DNA of 64,000 nt from Pseudomonadota bacterium (GTDB lineage Bacteria; Bdellovibrionota_F; JAHFAK01; JBDREC01): assembly GCA_043820105.1 (NCBI GenBank), contig JBDREC010000095.1, positions 28,898 to 92,897 of the forward strand. Reading direction: 5' to 3'. The stretch's first letter is position 1. Each line of letters starts with the position of its first letter. Positions 32,990-44,131 of this stretch are shown here, piece after piece. Under the pieces are notes generated by a model that was given only the letters and a program-made list of their open reading frames with translations, had not been told where the DNA came from and did no database searches. The position numbers and the translations under genes were made by a program.

Positions 32990-33021
32990 CTTACCACTTA
33001 TCGCTTACCACTTACCACTTA
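32990..33021. repeat. CTTACCA heptamer array upstream of hypB
   Basis: CTTACCA CTTATCG CTTACCA CTTACCA CTTA. Confidence 0.9.
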
Positions 33022-33038
33022 AAACCGGAGGTTTTAAA

Positions 33039-33686
33039 ATGCAAGAAGTTAAAGTTATTAAAAATGTATTGGAAGCAAATGACTTGATAGCTGACAATAA
33101 CAGGAAGCTTTTCAAGGAAAACAATGTTTTTGTTATTAATATAATTTCAGCCCCAGGTGCTGGAAAAACAACTATGCTTGAAAAAACAATTGCTGAATTA
33201 AAATCAAAGCTGAGAATTGCTGTTATTGAAGGCGATATTGCAACAACAAGAGATGCTGATAGGCTTGCCAAGTTTGATATACCTGTTGTTCAAATAAACA
33301 CAGAAGGCGGTTGTCATTTAGATGCAAATATGATTGCAAATTCTATCAGAGGATTAAACTTGGCCCAAATCGACCTGCTGATTATTGAAAATGTTGGCAA
33401 CATGGTTTGTCCTGCTGAATTTGATGTAGGAGAAAATTCTAAAGTAAGTATAATTAGCATAGCAGAAGGTGAAGACAAACCACAAAAATACCCATTAATT
33501 TTCCAAGTTACAGATGTTTGCCTGGTAAATAAAATGGATCTTAAACCATATTTAGACATTAGTGTTGAAAACTTAATTTCCGATATACAATCAATAAATC
33601 CTACTTTAACAACAATTAAAATTTCAGCAAAAACAGGTGATGGACTTAATGAGTGGCATGAATGGCTAATGAGAAAAAAAGGCTAA
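33039..33686 (+). CDS. hypB: hydrogenase nickel incorporation GTPase HypB
   Basis: 215 aa. P-loop SAPGAGKTT, ENVGNMVCPAEFD and NKMDL motifs. Confidence 0.9.
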   Translation: MQEVKVIKNVLEANDLIADNNRKLFKENNVFVINIISAPGAGKTTMLEKTIAELKSKLRIAVIEGDIATTRDADRLAKFDIPVVQINTEGGCHLDANMIANSIRGLNLAQIDLLIIENVGNMVCPAEFDVGENSKVSIISIAEGEDKPQKYPLIFQVTDVCLVNKMDLKPYLDISVENLISDIQSINPTLTTIKISAKTGDGLNEWHEWLMRKKG

Positions 33687-35959
33687 AAATAAATATAAGT
33701 GGCCAAGTTCAAGGCGTGGGTTTTAGGCCCACTGTTTATGGACATGCCATTAAAGCTGGAATTACTGGATATGTTAACAATACTTCCTTAGGAGTTGACA
33801 TTGAAGCTGAAGGTTTAAGTAAAGAAGTTGATAATTTTCTTTTCTTGATAAATGAATTTCCACCTCCAAAGGCAAAAATTGAATCTATAAAAACATTAGA
33901 GCTTGAACCAAAAGGATATTCAAAATTTGATATTATGATAACAGATTCAAGTAAAGGCAAATCTGTTTTAATTAGCCCAGATATGGCGACTTGCAAAGAC
34001 TGTGAAAAAGAACTTTTTGATAAAAACGATAGAAGATATAATTATCCATTTATAAATTGTACAAATTGTGGACCCCGCTTTACTATAATAAAAGATAGAC
34101 CCTATGATAGATCCAAAACAAGTATGCACGATTTTCTTATGTGCTTATCGTGCCAAGATGAATATGATGACCCCCTAAACAGAAGATTTCATGCTCAACC
34201 CAATGCCTGTCCAGAATGTGGACCAAAAGTTTCGCTGCTATCAAAATCAAATCAAGAATTATCAAAAGGCAACGAAGCCTTACTAGAATGCATAAAGCAC
34301 TTAAAAGAAGGCAAAATCATAGCGTTAAAAGGTCTTGGGGGGTTTCATCTTGCTTGCGATGCCACAAACAACGAGGCCTGTGCTACTTTGAGAAAAAGAA
34401 AGCGAAGATCAGAAAAACCGCTTGCTCTCATGGCTGATTCCTTAGATAAAATAAAAAAATATGCATATATAAATAAACTTGAAAAATCTTTGCTAACAAG
34501 TGATGCAAGGCCAATAGTACTTTTAAAAAAACTTTACCCAGATACCCTAAATGAGCAAGTTTCAATAGATAATAATTACCTTGGTTTTATGCTCCCCTAC
34601 ACTCCTCTTCACTTAGTTTTAGCAAAAGAGTTTGAAATATTAGTAATGACTAGCTGCAATTTTTCTGAAGAACCTATTGTAAGCGATCTAACAGAACTTG
34701 CTACTATTCAAAATGAAGTTTGTGATTTTGTGTTAATAAATAATCGCGACATAGTACACAAATGTGATGATTCAATTGTCATGGCACCAAATGAAATAAA
34801 CATAATTACAGTAAGACGTTCAAGAGGCTATGTCCCTTCTCCAATAATTACTTGCTTTAACTTTCCAAAATTTCTTGCATGTGGTGCAGAAAAGAAAAAC
34901 ACTTTTTCATTTAGTGTTGGCAATAAGGTTTTCATCTCTCAACATATTGGAGATTTAAAGGACTTAAGAAGTTATGAGTTTTACAAGTCACAAATTAATG
35001 ATTTTAAAAATCTCTTGGAAATCGAGCCTGAGTTTATTGTCCATGATTCCCATCCTGACTATTTATCCACTCTTTATGCTGATGAAGAAGGTTTAAAAAA
35101 AATATCAGTTCAACATCACCATGCTCACATGGCTGCAACAATGGCAGAAGCTGGAGTACAAAATCATGAAAACGTATTGGGAATTTGTTTTGATGGAACA
35201 GGTTTAGGTGAAGACAATACTGTTTGGGGTGGGGAATTTTTATATGGAAATTATGCTTCTTTTAAACAGGTCGGATCCTTTGAACAGTTTAGTCTGCCAG
35301 GTGGAGACAAAGCAAGCCTCGAACCATATAGAATTGCCTTAGCACTAGGATCGTTTTCAGATTATGATGCAAGCTATTTTGAAACTTTACTTACAAATCA
35401 TTATGGCGAGGATCTTTCTAAAAACATCAAACTTATTTCAAAGATGATTCAAAACAAAAGTCCATTCATTCAAACATCAAGCCTTGGAAGACTCTTTGAT
35501 GGCATATCATCTTTAATAGGACTTGCAGCCAAAGCAAGCTATGAAGCACAGGCAGCGATAAAGCTTGAAAGAGTGGCAAATGTGGATATTGAAGAATATT
35601 ACCCTGTTAACATAGAAAAAAATGATATTAATGTACACAGAATACAATTAAAACCAATAATTAACAGCATTTTAAAAGATTTAGAAGAAAAGAAAGATAT
35701 ATCAAAAATAGCATCAAAGTTTCATAATTCTATTGCAATTTCTTCTTTTGAAATGGCAAAAAGACTCTCAATTGAGTTTGCATTTACAAAGATAGCCCTT
35801 GGTGGTGGTTGTTTTCAAAATAGTTTATTATTAAACAAAACCATTGAAGTGTTTAAAGGTTCAGAGTTTGAACTTTTAATTCCCAAAGAAGTTCCTATTA
35901 ATGATGCAGGAATTAGTTTTGGGCAAACCATGGTTGCATTACACAAAATTAATTCGTGA
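33662..35959 (+). CDS. hypF: carbamoyltransferase HypF
   Basis: 765 aa. Acylphosphatase-like N-terminus (VQGVGFRP), two CxxC zinc-finger pairs, a YrdC-like region (KGLGGFHLACDA) and a Kae1-like C-terminus. Confidence 0.95.
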   Translation: MANEKKRLKINISGQVQGVGFRPTVYGHAIKAGITGYVNNTSLGVDIEAEGLSKEVDNFLFLINEFPPPKAKIESIKTLELEPKGYSKFDIMITDSSKGKSVLISPDMATCKDCEKELFDKNDRRYNYPFINCTNCGPRFTIIKDRPYDRSKTSMHDFLMCLSCQDEYDDPLNRRFHAQPNACPECGPKVSLLSKSNQELSKGNEALLECIKHLKEGKIIALKGLGGFHLACDATNNEACATLRKRKRRSEKPLALMADSLDKIKKYAYINKLEKSLLTSDARPIVLLKKLYPDTLNEQVSIDNNYLGFMLPYTPLHLVLAKEFEILVMTSCNFSEEPIVSDLTELATIQNEVCDFVLINNRDIVHKCDDSIVMAPNEINIITVRRSRGYVPSPIITCFNFPKFLACGAEKKNTFSFSVGNKVFISQHIGDLKDLRSYEFYKSQINDFKNLLEIEPEFIVHDSHPDYLSTLYADEEGLKKISVQHHHAHMAATMAEAGVQNHENVLGICFDGTGLGEDNTVWGGEFLYGNYASFKQVGSFEQFSLPGGDKASLEPYRIALALGSFSDYDASYFETLLTNHYGEDLSKNIKLISKMIQNKSPFIQTSSLGRLFDGISSLIGLAAKASYEAQAAIKLERVANVDIEEYYPVNIEKNDINVHRIQLKPIINSILKDLEEKKDISKIASKFHNSIAISSFEMAKRLSIEFAFTKIALGGGCFQNSLLLNKTIEVFKGSEFELLIPKEVPINDAGISFGQTMVALHKINS

Positions 35960-35966
35960 GGTAAAT

Positions 35967-36197
35967 ATGTGCTTATCCATACCAGTAAAAGTTTTATCCC
36001 TTGAAAATGAAAAACAAAGTGCTCAAATTAATTATAATGGAATAAAAATGGAAGTTTCAACAACTCTTGTTCCTGAAATAAATATTGGAGACTATGCTTT
36101 ATTACATGCTGGTTTCTTAATAAGAAAAATCGACGAAAATGAAGCCTTAGAAACAATTTCACTTTTAAATGAAATTGCTGATTTAGGAAGCAAATAA
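35967..36197 (+). CDS. hypC: hydrogenase maturation chaperone HypC
   Basis: 76 aa starting MCLSIPVKV, the canonical HypC N-terminus with Cys2. The ORF-track start at 35901 lies inside hypF. An RBS GTGAGGT precedes ATG 35967. Confidence 0.9.
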   Translation: MCLSIPVKVLSLENEKQSAQINYNGIKMEVSTTLVPEINIGDYALLHAGFLIRKIDENEALETISLLNEIADLGSK

Positions 36198-36210
36198 AAA
36201 GGATCAGACT

Positions 36211-37296
36211 ATGAAATATGTAGCAGAATTTAGAAATAAAGATCATGTCCTTAATCTTCAAAAACAAATTATGAAATATGATGGCGAAGCCTTAAACATC
36301 ATGGAAGTATGTGGCACCCACACTATGAATATTGCAAAGTTTGGAATTAGAAATATGATTCCAAAACATAAAATTAACCTGGTCTCTGGTCCTGGATGCC
36401 CTGTTTGTGTTACTCCAATAGGTGACATTGAAGCAGCAATATCCCTTGCAAAAGATCATAAAAAAATTATCACAACATTTGGTGACATGATGAAGGTTCC
36501 AGGTGTAGATAAAAATCTTTTTGATTTAAAATCCGAAGGCTCTGATGTAAGAATTGTTTACTCAACTATTGAAGCTCTAAAATTAGCAAAAGAAAATCCA
36601 GAAAGAGAAATTGTGTTTATGGGAGTAGGTTTTGAAACAACAGTTCCAACTATAGCAGCAACAATAAAAAGAGCCAAAGAAGAAAATGTTAACAACTTTT
36701 CAGTAATAGCTATGAACAAAACAGTTCCAATAGCGCTTGGAGCATTGATGTCAAATCCTGCGATAAAACTAAATGCCATGATTTTGCCAGGTCATGTTAG
36801 TGCGATTATTGGCGAAGATGCTTACCGTGATGTCTTTACTCAATACAATTCAATTGGTATTATAACAGGATTTGAACCTGTTGATATTATGAGAGGAATA
36901 CTCACAATTGTTGAAAAAGTTATGCTTAAAGAAAATGGTGTTTTTAATGTCTATAAGAGAGGCGTAAATAGCCTGGGAAATCAAATGGCCCAAAAAATCG
37001 TAAATGAAGTTTATGAGCCTTGTGATTCTTATTGGCGAGGTGTTGGTGTTATTCCACAAACTGGTTTAAAAATTAGAGAAAGCTATAATCAATATGACGC
37101 TACCATTAAATTTAATATTGAAGCAAAAGATTTCACAGAACCGGCTGGCTGTATTTGTGGAAATATTTTACAAGGATTGAATAATCCAAAAGAGTGTAAG
37201 CACTTTGGCAAATCCTGTACACCTGAAAAGCCAATAGGTCCCTGCATGGTTTCTTCAGAAGGAACTTGCGCAGCTTACTATAAATACATGTTATAA
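36211..37296 (+). CDS. hypD: hydrogenase maturation protein HypD
   Basis: 361 aa. MEVCGTHT, GPGCPVCVTP and C-terminal CxC...C motifs. Confidence 0.95.
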   Translation: MKYVAEFRNKDHVLNLQKQIMKYDGEALNIMEVCGTHTMNIAKFGIRNMIPKHKINLVSGPGCPVCVTPIGDIEAAISLAKDHKKIITTFGDMMKVPGVDKNLFDLKSEGSDVRIVYSTIEALKLAKENPEREIVFMGVGFETTVPTIAATIKRAKEENVNNFSVIAMNKTVPIALGALMSNPAIKLNAMILPGHVSAIIGEDAYRDVFTQYNSIGIITGFEPVDIMRGILTIVEKVMLKENGVFNVYKRGVNSLGNQMAQKIVNEVYEPCDSYWRGVGVIPQTGLKIRESYNQYDATIKFNIEAKDFTEPAGCICGNILQGLNNPKECKHFGKSCTPEKPIGPCMVSSEGTCAAYYKYML

Positions 37297-37309
37297 CGAG
37301 AGGTAAAAA

Positions 37310-38323
37310 ATGAACAACATTGCGTTAGGTCATGGAGCTGGTGGCAAAATAATGCACCAATTAATTTCTAATATTGTTACAAAAGGGATATCAAATCCAA
37401 TACTAAATCGCTTTGATGACAGTGCTGTGTTTGAAAATCAAGGCAGTTCAAGACTTGCTTTTACAACTGATTCCTTTGTGGTTAGCCCATTATTTTTTAA
37501 AGGGGGAGATATTGGAAAGCTAGCTGTTTGTGGAACAGTAAATGACCTGGCAATGTCAGGTGCCACATGCAAATACCTAAGCCTTTCTTTTATCATTGAA
37601 GAAGGTTTTTCAATTGATGAGCTTAATAAAATTTGTACTTCAATTAAAGAATGTACTGAAGAAGCTGGAGTTCAAATCATAACTGGCGATACAAAGGTGG
37701 TTGAAAAAGGTAAAGGTGATGGCCTTTTTATTAACACCTCTGGATTAGGTTTTATTGAAAATGATAATTTAAAAATAAGTTCACATGTTGTTAAAGCAGG
37801 TGATGCAATTATTTTAAGCGGTTATTTAGGTGATCATGAAATGTCAATTCTGTCTGCCAGAAGAGAATATGAAATTGAACTAGATATCGCAAGCGATGTA
37901 AGTCCTTTAAATGGTGTTATCAAGAGCTTACATAAATTTGAAGACAAAATCCATTGTTTAAAAGATCCAACTCGCGGTGGCCTAGCTAGCGCTCTTAATG
38001 AAATATCCTATAATTCAAATATTAATATTGAAATTAATGAAGAACAAATTCCAATCCGAAAAGAAACATTAGGAACGTGTGATTTATTGGGTTTTGATCC
38101 TCTATATTTAGCAAATGAAGGAAAATTCATTTGTGTATGCTCACAAGATATAGCAAACGAGGTCCTAAAAGAATTAAAGAAGCATCCTTATGGTGAACAT
38201 GCTGCAATAATTGGAAATGTGATCAAAACAGAAGATAAACCAAGGGTTTTTTTAAATACAACTTTTGGTGGAAAAAGAATAGTTCAAATGCTAAGTGGGG
38301 TTCAACTTCCAAGAATTTGCTAA
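37310..38323 (+). CDS. hypE: hydrogenase maturation protein HypE
   Basis: 337 aa with a PurM-like fold and the typical C-terminal LPRIC. Confidence 0.95.
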   Translation: MNNIALGHGAGGKIMHQLISNIVTKGISNPILNRFDDSAVFENQGSSRLAFTTDSFVVSPLFFKGGDIGKLAVCGTVNDLAMSGATCKYLSLSFIIEEGFSIDELNKICTSIKECTEEAGVQIITGDTKVVEKGKGDGLFINTSGLGFIENDNLKISSHVVKAGDAIILSGYLGDHEMSILSARREYEIELDIASDVSPLNGVIKSLHKFEDKIHCLKDPTRGGLASALNEISYNSNINIEINEEQIPIRKETLGTCDLLGFDPLYLANEGKFICVCSQDIANEVLKELKKHPYGEHAAIIGNVIKTEDKPRVFLNTTFGGKRIVQMLSGVQLPRIC

Positions 38324-38447
38324 AATTAAATGAAACTATTACAAAAATTATTCTGATTGAAAACGGTGAATAGAACATCAAACTGGCGACCAGTGCTCTT
38401 GCGATCTGGTGCACCAGAATTAAGATTATAGTTAGTACTTAAAATTT

Positions 38448-40100
38448 TTAAATCTCTGTAACTGACATAACAATAATCGGCCTTTGACCTGTTTCTTTTT
38501 TAAATATTCTCCGAATCTTTAATCTAATTATTTCTTCAAGATCAGCACCTGCTCCACCCAAGTCTTTCATAGCTCTTTCGACTTCTTTTTTTAGTTCTTC
38601 TTCAGCTTTCTTTATAATATCCTGCTCTTCTTCAGAGATACAACCTCTGGTAAATAATTCTGGTCCAGAAATAATAACTCCATATTTAGCCTCAATGATT
38701 AAAGAACAAAAAACAAGACCTCTTAAGCCAATTCTTTTACGATCTCTTAAAATATCATCTTCTAAAGTCTCATATGTATCTGTATCAATAAATGTTTTAT
38801 GAACACTTATTTTATCAGTAATTTCCATTTTATTTTCTGATAAAGATAATTGATCACCATTTTCAATGATCATAATCCTTTCAGGGTCAACACCTCTTTC
38901 TACAAAGATGGACTTACTTCTTGTTAAATGCCTATACTCCCCGTGAATAGGGATAAAATATTTGGGCTTTATATAATTAAATAAATCTATAATTTCTTTT
39001 TTATGTGCATGTCCTGAACCGTGAATTGATTTTGAAACCTTTTCGTATATAACACTTGCGCCCAACCTACAAAGTTGGTTTATAACATTTCCGATTGCTT
39101 TTTCATTTCCTGGAATAAATTTTGATGATAATAAAACTGTATCACCTGCTTTAATTTTTATTTTCTTATGGGCATCCATAGCTATTCTAACAAGAGAACT
39201 TCTGGGTTCACCCTGGTTTCCGGTCAATAGAAATATTATTTCATCATCTCGTTCCCCATTGATTTCCTTTGGAGTCATAAATATATCATCAGAAGCATTA
39301 ATGTACCCATGCTCTCGAGCTACTTTAACATAGGTTATAATGGACTTTCCATCCATCACAATTTTTCTATTATATTTTTTTGCTGCCACAACAACTTGAT
39401 TAACTCTTTGCACATTTGAGGCAAACAAAGATACTAAAAGTCTTCCCTTGCAAGCCTTGAATATATTATCAATTTCTTGGGCTACCTCTTTTTCATGTTT
39501 ACTTCTTCCATTGTACTCAGCATTTGTTGAATCACATAAAAGTAAAAGAACCCCTTTTTTACCTATTTTCTTGAAGCTTTTTAAGCTAATTGATTCATCC
39601 TTAATTGGAGTTGGGTCATCTTTAAAATCACCACTGTGAAGAATATGGCCAACCGGTGTTTCTATGAATAAAGCATATGAATCAACAATACTATGTCGCA
39701 CAGGAATAAATTCAAAAGAAAAATATTTAAACTCAACTTTCTCAAAAGCCCTTACAGTGTTTAGTTCAGCTGGCACATCAAAATCATTTTTCAATTTCTC
39801 TTTAATCAAAGCCAAAGTAAATTCACTTCCATAAATGGGTACATTAATTGTTTTTAAAAGATATGGAATGCCTCCAATGTGATCCTCGTGTCCATGGGTT
39901 AATACAAGGCCTTTTATTTTATGTTTAATACTTTCAAGATAAGCAAAATCACAAACTGCAATATCAGCTCCAAGCATGTTTTCTTCTGGAAACATTAAAC
40001 CACAATCCACAATGCAGGCTTCTTCTTCATATTCAAAAACCATGCAGTTTTTTCCAATTTCGCCCAAACCACCAAGCGCTAATATTTTGACTTCACTCAT
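38448..40100 (-). CDS. rnj: ribonuclease J
   Basis: 550 aa. Metallo-beta-lactamase HGHEDHIGG, a beta-CASP region and a C-terminal domain. Confidence 0.85.
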   Translation of the reverse strand: MSEVKILALGGLGEIGKNCMVFEYEEEACIVDCGLMFPEENMLGADIAVCDFAYLESIKHKIKGLVLTHGHEDHIGGIPYLLKTINVPIYGSEFTLALIKEKLKNDFDVPAELNTVRAFEKVEFKYFSFEFIPVRHSIVDSYALFIETPVGHILHSGDFKDDPTPIKDESISLKSFKKIGKKGVLLLLCDSTNAEYNGRSKHEKEVAQEIDNIFKACKGRLLVSLFASNVQRVNQVVVAAKKYNRKIVMDGKSIITYVKVAREHGYINASDDIFMTPKEINGERDDEIIFLLTGNQGEPRSSLVRIAMDAHKKIKIKAGDTVLLSSKFIPGNEKAIGNVINQLCRLGASVIYEKVSKSIHGSGHAHKKEIIDLFNYIKPKYFIPIHGEYRHLTRSKSIFVERGVDPERIMIIENGDQLSLSENKMEITDKISVHKTFIDTDTYETLEDDILRDRKRIGLRGLVFCSLIIEAKYGVIISGPELFTRGCISEEEQDIIKKAEEELKKEVERAMKDLGGAGADLEEIIRLKIRRIFKKETGQRPIIVMSVTEI

Positions 40101-40114
40101 AAGGTTTTTATCCT

Positions 40115-41767
40115 TTAAAGATTATGATTATTAATTATATTTAAATAGCTAAGCTTTAATTTTTCCTTAGATATGCCAATGTCAACAACATCCCAGGGGA
40201 AAGTGCTATCATTTTCTAGCCTGCTTAATTTATTTAAATTTAAACATTCTTTAATAAAATTATTTTGATCAAATTCTCCACAACAAACCTTTTCTGCAAA
40301 ACTTCTATCTGAACGTAAAATACAGGCTTGCAAATAACTTTCTTTTAGTGATTGAAATTTCAATTGAAGATTCGCCTTATTTTTCAAAGCTTTTTCTATA
40401 AACTTTCTAGCTTTTTTTGCGTATTTTTGTGAAGCCACTTCAAACCATTGCATTGGTGTATGTGGCATAGGAATAAATAAATTCATGGACAGGCTAATCT
40501 TACCAATAAGTCCCTTTATCTTTGCAGCCTGAATAAAATCTTTTCTTATTAAATCAACCAAATTTATAAGGGCTTGAAGGTCTTCTTCTTTTTCCGAAGG
40601 AAGTCCGTACATAGCATATATTTTTATATTTTTAATATGTGATTTTGAAATTAATTGTGCCTTACTTAATATTTCTTCACCAGTAAGCTTTTTCGCTAAT
40701 ATATTTCTGAGCCTTTGGCTTCCAGCTTCAATCGAAAAGGTCAAGGAGTTTTGACCTGATTGTGAAATTAGTTCAAGCAATTTTTCATTAATATCATCAA
40801 TATGAACCGATGATAAAAACAAGGATTGATTATTTACTTGTGCCTCTTTGTATAAATTCTTTAAACCTTTTATCCCAGTAACCAACGGTCCAACAAGACC
40901 AATTTTGACATCCTGAACTTCTTTAAGTGAAAGGCTAGTTTTTACTCTAAAAGGATAATAAACACTATGAGCTGCGCAAAAATTGCACCGCCTTGCACAT
41001 CCTCGTGTATACTCTAAAACAGTCATGTTTTTAAAAACTTCATTTTGGCCAAGCTTTTTTAATAAAAGCTCATCATCTTTGAAATTTATATTAACTGATT
41101 TTTTTACTTTCCCCTTCCTCTTAATTGAAGGAATATAAAAACCATTAAGCAAATTAATTGCCTTTAAAGCATCACCTTTACTTAAACCCTTATTAATTAT
41201 ATTAATAAATTCGCCAATAGATGGTTCAAGCTCTCCAATAAAAATAGCATCAAAAATATTAGCAACAGGTTCAGGGTTTAAAGTTAATGATACACCGCCC
41301 GCTATAACCAATGGGTCACTTTCACTTCTGTTTTTATTGAATGAATTTAATTTGAAATAATCAAAAAATGTTTTTAAATTTAAATAATCAAGTTCATAGG
41401 ATATGGAAAAAGCTATTAGTTTAACTTTGCGAATATTATTTTTATATAGCCGGGAAGGAGGTTTATACAACTTATTATATTTGGGGGGAAAATTATGGTT
41501 CGTCAGTATATTATCCAGAGTAACAAGTTCAACGCATAAATCTGATCCTGCTTCAATGTTCTTTTTTAAACAACTAACACCTAAATTAGCATTTGCGACA
41601 GCACGCTTGTTTGGGTATACCAATATAACATCACTATCACTTCCCTGCCTTCCCGGCTTCAACCCACCATAGGGAGGTTTCGGTGGCTTAATCGACCTGT
41701 TTTCTGAGAAATGTTGGTATTTCAAAGTCTTCATCACCAAAATATTTTTCAACTGCCTCCTTAACAT
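40115..41767 (-). CDS. B12-binding-domain radical SAM protein
   Basis: 550-aa ORF with [14 protein letters not shown] (CX3CX2C). The N-terminal ILVYPN...LIAFS region resembles a B12-binding domain. The annotated start overlaps ftsZ by 80 nt, so the true start is probably downstream (possibly non-ATG). Confidence 0.7.
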   Translation of the reverse strand: MLRRQLKNILVMKTLKYQHFSENRSIKPPKPPYGGLKPGRQGSDSDVILVYPNKRAVANANLGVSCLKKNIEAGSDLCVELVTLDNILTNHNFPPKYNKLYKPPSRLYKNNIRKVKLIAFSISYELDYLNLKTFFDYFKLNSFNKNRSESDPLVIAGGVSLTLNPEPVANIFDAIFIGELEPSIGEFINIINKGLSKGDALKAINLLNGFYIPSIKRKGKVKKSVNINFKDDELLLKKLGQNEVFKNMTVLEYTRGCARRCNFCAAHSVYYPFRVKTSLSLKEVQDVKIGLVGPLVTGIKGLKNLYKEAQVNNQSLFLSSVHIDDINEKLLELISQSGQNSLTFSIEAGSQRLRNILAKKLTGEEILSKAQLISKSHIKNIKIYAMYGLPSEKEEDLQALINLVDLIRKDFIQAAKIKGLIGKISLSMNLFIPMPHTPMQWFEVASQKYAKKARKFIEKALKNKANLQLKFQSLKESYLQACILRSDRSFAEKVCCGEFDQNNFIKECLNLNKLSRLENDSTFPWDVVDIGISKEKLKLSYLNIINNHNL

Positions 41768-42839
41768 TGAAGTTCGGAACCTGCACCTTTTGTCTTAGAT
41801 AAGCAGGAACTTCTCTGTCAGAGTAATCTTCAGTTATAGTTTGAGTTGCAATGTTCTCAATTTGAGGAAAAGTGCTGTGTCTTTCATGATCAAAGCCAGT
41901 TGCTATTACTGTAACCCTGATATCATCGCCCATGGATTCATCAATAACAGTACCAAAAATAATTTCAGCATTTTCATGTGCTACTTCTTCAACCATTGAG
42001 GCTGCTTCATTTGATTCATAGAGGGTTAGATTTGAACTTCCAGTAATGTTTATCAAGATACCTGTCGCACCCTCAATTGAAACATCTTCTAATAAAGGAC
42101 TTTCAATAGCTTCTTTAACAGCTTTAACCGCACGTCCTTCTCCTGATGCAATGCCTGATCCCATCATGGCCATTCCTTGATCTGTCATTATCTTCCTAAC
42201 ATCAGCAAAATCCAAATTTATCAAACCAACTGTGGTAATCAAATCAGCTATACCCTTCACAGCCTGCAACAAGACCTCATCAGCCTTTTTAAACATTTCA
42301 AGCATTGTAGTTTTTTCACCAGCAATGTTTAAAAGCCTTTGATTTGGAATTACAATAATTGTATCAACAGACTTCTTAAGCTCAACAATACCGCTTTCTG
42401 CCTGACTTCTTCTTCTCTTTCCTTCAAAAGTAAAAGGCTTTGTTACTACACCAACTGTTAGAATACCCATTTTTTTTGCCACTCCAGCGATTACAGGGGC
42501 AGCACCTGTTCCTGTACCACCACCCATTCCAGCGGTTACAAAGACCATGTCAGACCCATCAATCAATTCAGCAATCTTTTGTTCATCCTCGAGGGCAGCA
42601 TTCTTGCCAACTTCAGGATTAGCTCCAGCTCCTAAGCCTTTAGTAAGAGTTGAACCAATTTGAAGCTTATGCTTAGCAAGAGAGACTTCCAGAGCCTGTG
42701 CATCAGTATTTGCTGTGATAAAATCAATCTCTGTAAGTCCCGAAGCGATCATTGTATTTATTGCATTTCCACCGCCGCCGCCAACACCAATGACCTTAAT
42801 TTTAGCGCTTTGTTCTCTCGTCATATCAAATTCAAACAT
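41688..42839 (-). CDS. ftsZ: cell division GTPase FtsZ
   Basis: 383 aa. [11 protein letters not shown] and [13 protein letters not shown] tubulin signatures. Confidence 0.97.
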   Translation of the reverse strand: MFEFDMTREQSAKIKVIGVGGGGGNAINTMIASGLTEIDFITANTDAQALEVSLAKHKLQIGSTLTKGLGAGANPEVGKNAALEDEQKIAELIDGSDMVFVTAGMGGGTGTGAAPVIAGVAKKMGILTVGVVTKPFTFEGKRRRSQAESGIVELKKSVDTIIVIPNQRLLNIAGEKTTMLEMFKKADEVLLQAVKGIADLITTVGLINLDFADVRKIMTDQGMAMMGSGIASGEGRAVKAVKEAIESPLLEDVSIEGATGILINITGSSNLTLYESNEAASMVEEVAHENAEIIFGTVIDESMGDDIRVTVIATGFDHERHSTFPQIENIATQTITEDYSDREVPAYLRQKVQVPNFNVKEAVEKYFGDEDFEIPTFLRKQVD

Positions 42840-42873
42840 TTTTCTCCTCCAAGAGTTGTTTTATTTTTAAATA

Positions 42874-44100
42874 TTAAAAAAATTCTCTAATCCATTCACC
42901 CATTCGTGTTTTAACTTTGTCGTAAATATTATCGTCTCTTATTCTAAAAGTATCAGTAGAGTTCATTCTGGCGCCATATTGCACTAGACCAACTCCTGTT
43001 GAATACTGTGGATTAGAAACTATATCAACAAGACCGCCAATTCCTTTTGGAATGCCTCTTCTAACAGGTAACCCAAAAACTTTTTCAGCAAGCTCTGGCA
43101 TACCTTCCATTATTACCGTGCCACCGGTTATAACGACACCAGATGCCAGCTGATCTTGCAATCCAGAGCGTACAATTTCTCGATATACCAATGACATTAT
43201 CTCTTCAACCCTTGGCTCAATAATTTCGGCAAGGATTTTTCTTGAAAGAATTTTTGGTGCTCTTCCTCCAACCATTGGCACTTCGACTGTTTCTTCTTTT
43301 CCAACCATAGAAGAGAGAGCGCAACCATATTTTTCTTTAATCTTCATTGCGTCATTAGTTGGAGTTCTTAAGCCAACGGCGATATCATTAGTCAAATGAT
43401 TCCCACCTAAAGTTAAAACAGATGTATGCTTAACACTTCCTTCTGAGTAAATAACAATATCAGAAGTTCCTCCACCAATATCAACTAATGCCACTCCTAA
43501 TTCTTTTTCATCATCAGATAAAACAGCTTCAGCTGAACCTAGTTGTTCTAAAACTATATCACTAACATTTAAGCCTGCTTTATTTGCACATTTAACAATA
43601 TTGTGAGCTGATGTTACAGCACCTGTAACAATGTGAACCTTTGCTTCTAGCCGTACACCCGACATTCCCAATGGTTCACGAATACCATCCTGGTCATCAA
43701 TTATATATTCTTGCGGAATAATATGAATAACTTCTCTATCCATAGGAATCGCGACTGCCTTGGCTGCATCAATAACCCTATTAACATCAGTATCCTTTAC
43801 TTCTTTACCATTAATGGCGACAATACCTTGGCTATTAAATCCTCTAATATGTCCGCCAGCTATTCCAGCAATAACACTACTGATTTCACAACCCGCCATT
43901 AGCTCTGCTTCCTCACAGGCCTTCATGATAGAATTAACAGTGCTTTCAATATTAATAACAACACCTTTTCGCAATCCTATAGATGGGTGGATACCAATAC
44001 CAATTATGTCTATGCCCTCTACTGAAGCTTCCCCCACAACAACACAAATTTTTGTTGTACCAATATCAAGGCCAACTATAATTTCATCTTTTTTCTTCAT
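42874..44100 (-). CDS. ftsA: cell division protein FtsA
   Basis: 408 aa with an actin-like ATPase fold (GLDIGTTKICVVVGE, VDIGGGTSD). Confidence 0.95.
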   Translation of the reverse strand: MKKKDEIIVGLDIGTTKICVVVGEASVEGIDIIGIGIHPSIGLRKGVVINIESTVNSIMKACEEAELMAGCEISSVIAGIAGGHIRGFNSQGIVAINGKEVKDTDVNRVIDAAKAVAIPMDREVIHIIPQEYIIDDQDGIREPLGMSGVRLEAKVHIVTGAVTSAHNIVKCANKAGLNVSDIVLEQLGSAEAVLSDDEKELGVALVDIGGGTSDIVIYSEGSVKHTSVLTLGGNHLTNDIAVGLRTPTNDAMKIKEKYGCALSSMVGKEETVEVPMVGGRAPKILSRKILAEIIEPRVEEIMSLVYREIVRSGLQDQLASGVVITGGTVIMEGMPELAEKVFGLPVRRGIPKGIGGLVDIVSNPQYSTGVGLVQYGARMNSTDTFRIRDDNIYDKVKTRMGEWIREFF

Positions 44101-44131
44101 TATTGCCTCCTAGTTGAGTTATGAAAACGTC

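Noticed and set aside
43760-44113. Antisense ORFs of 100 aa or more inside ftsA
   Set aside because: Similar ORFs lie inside eno (55519..55956), the cNMP gene (29974..30345) and hypB (33005..33271). They are opposite strongly supported genes, have a Ser/Ile/Leu-rich composition typical of antisense frames in AT-rich DNA, and have no independent signals.
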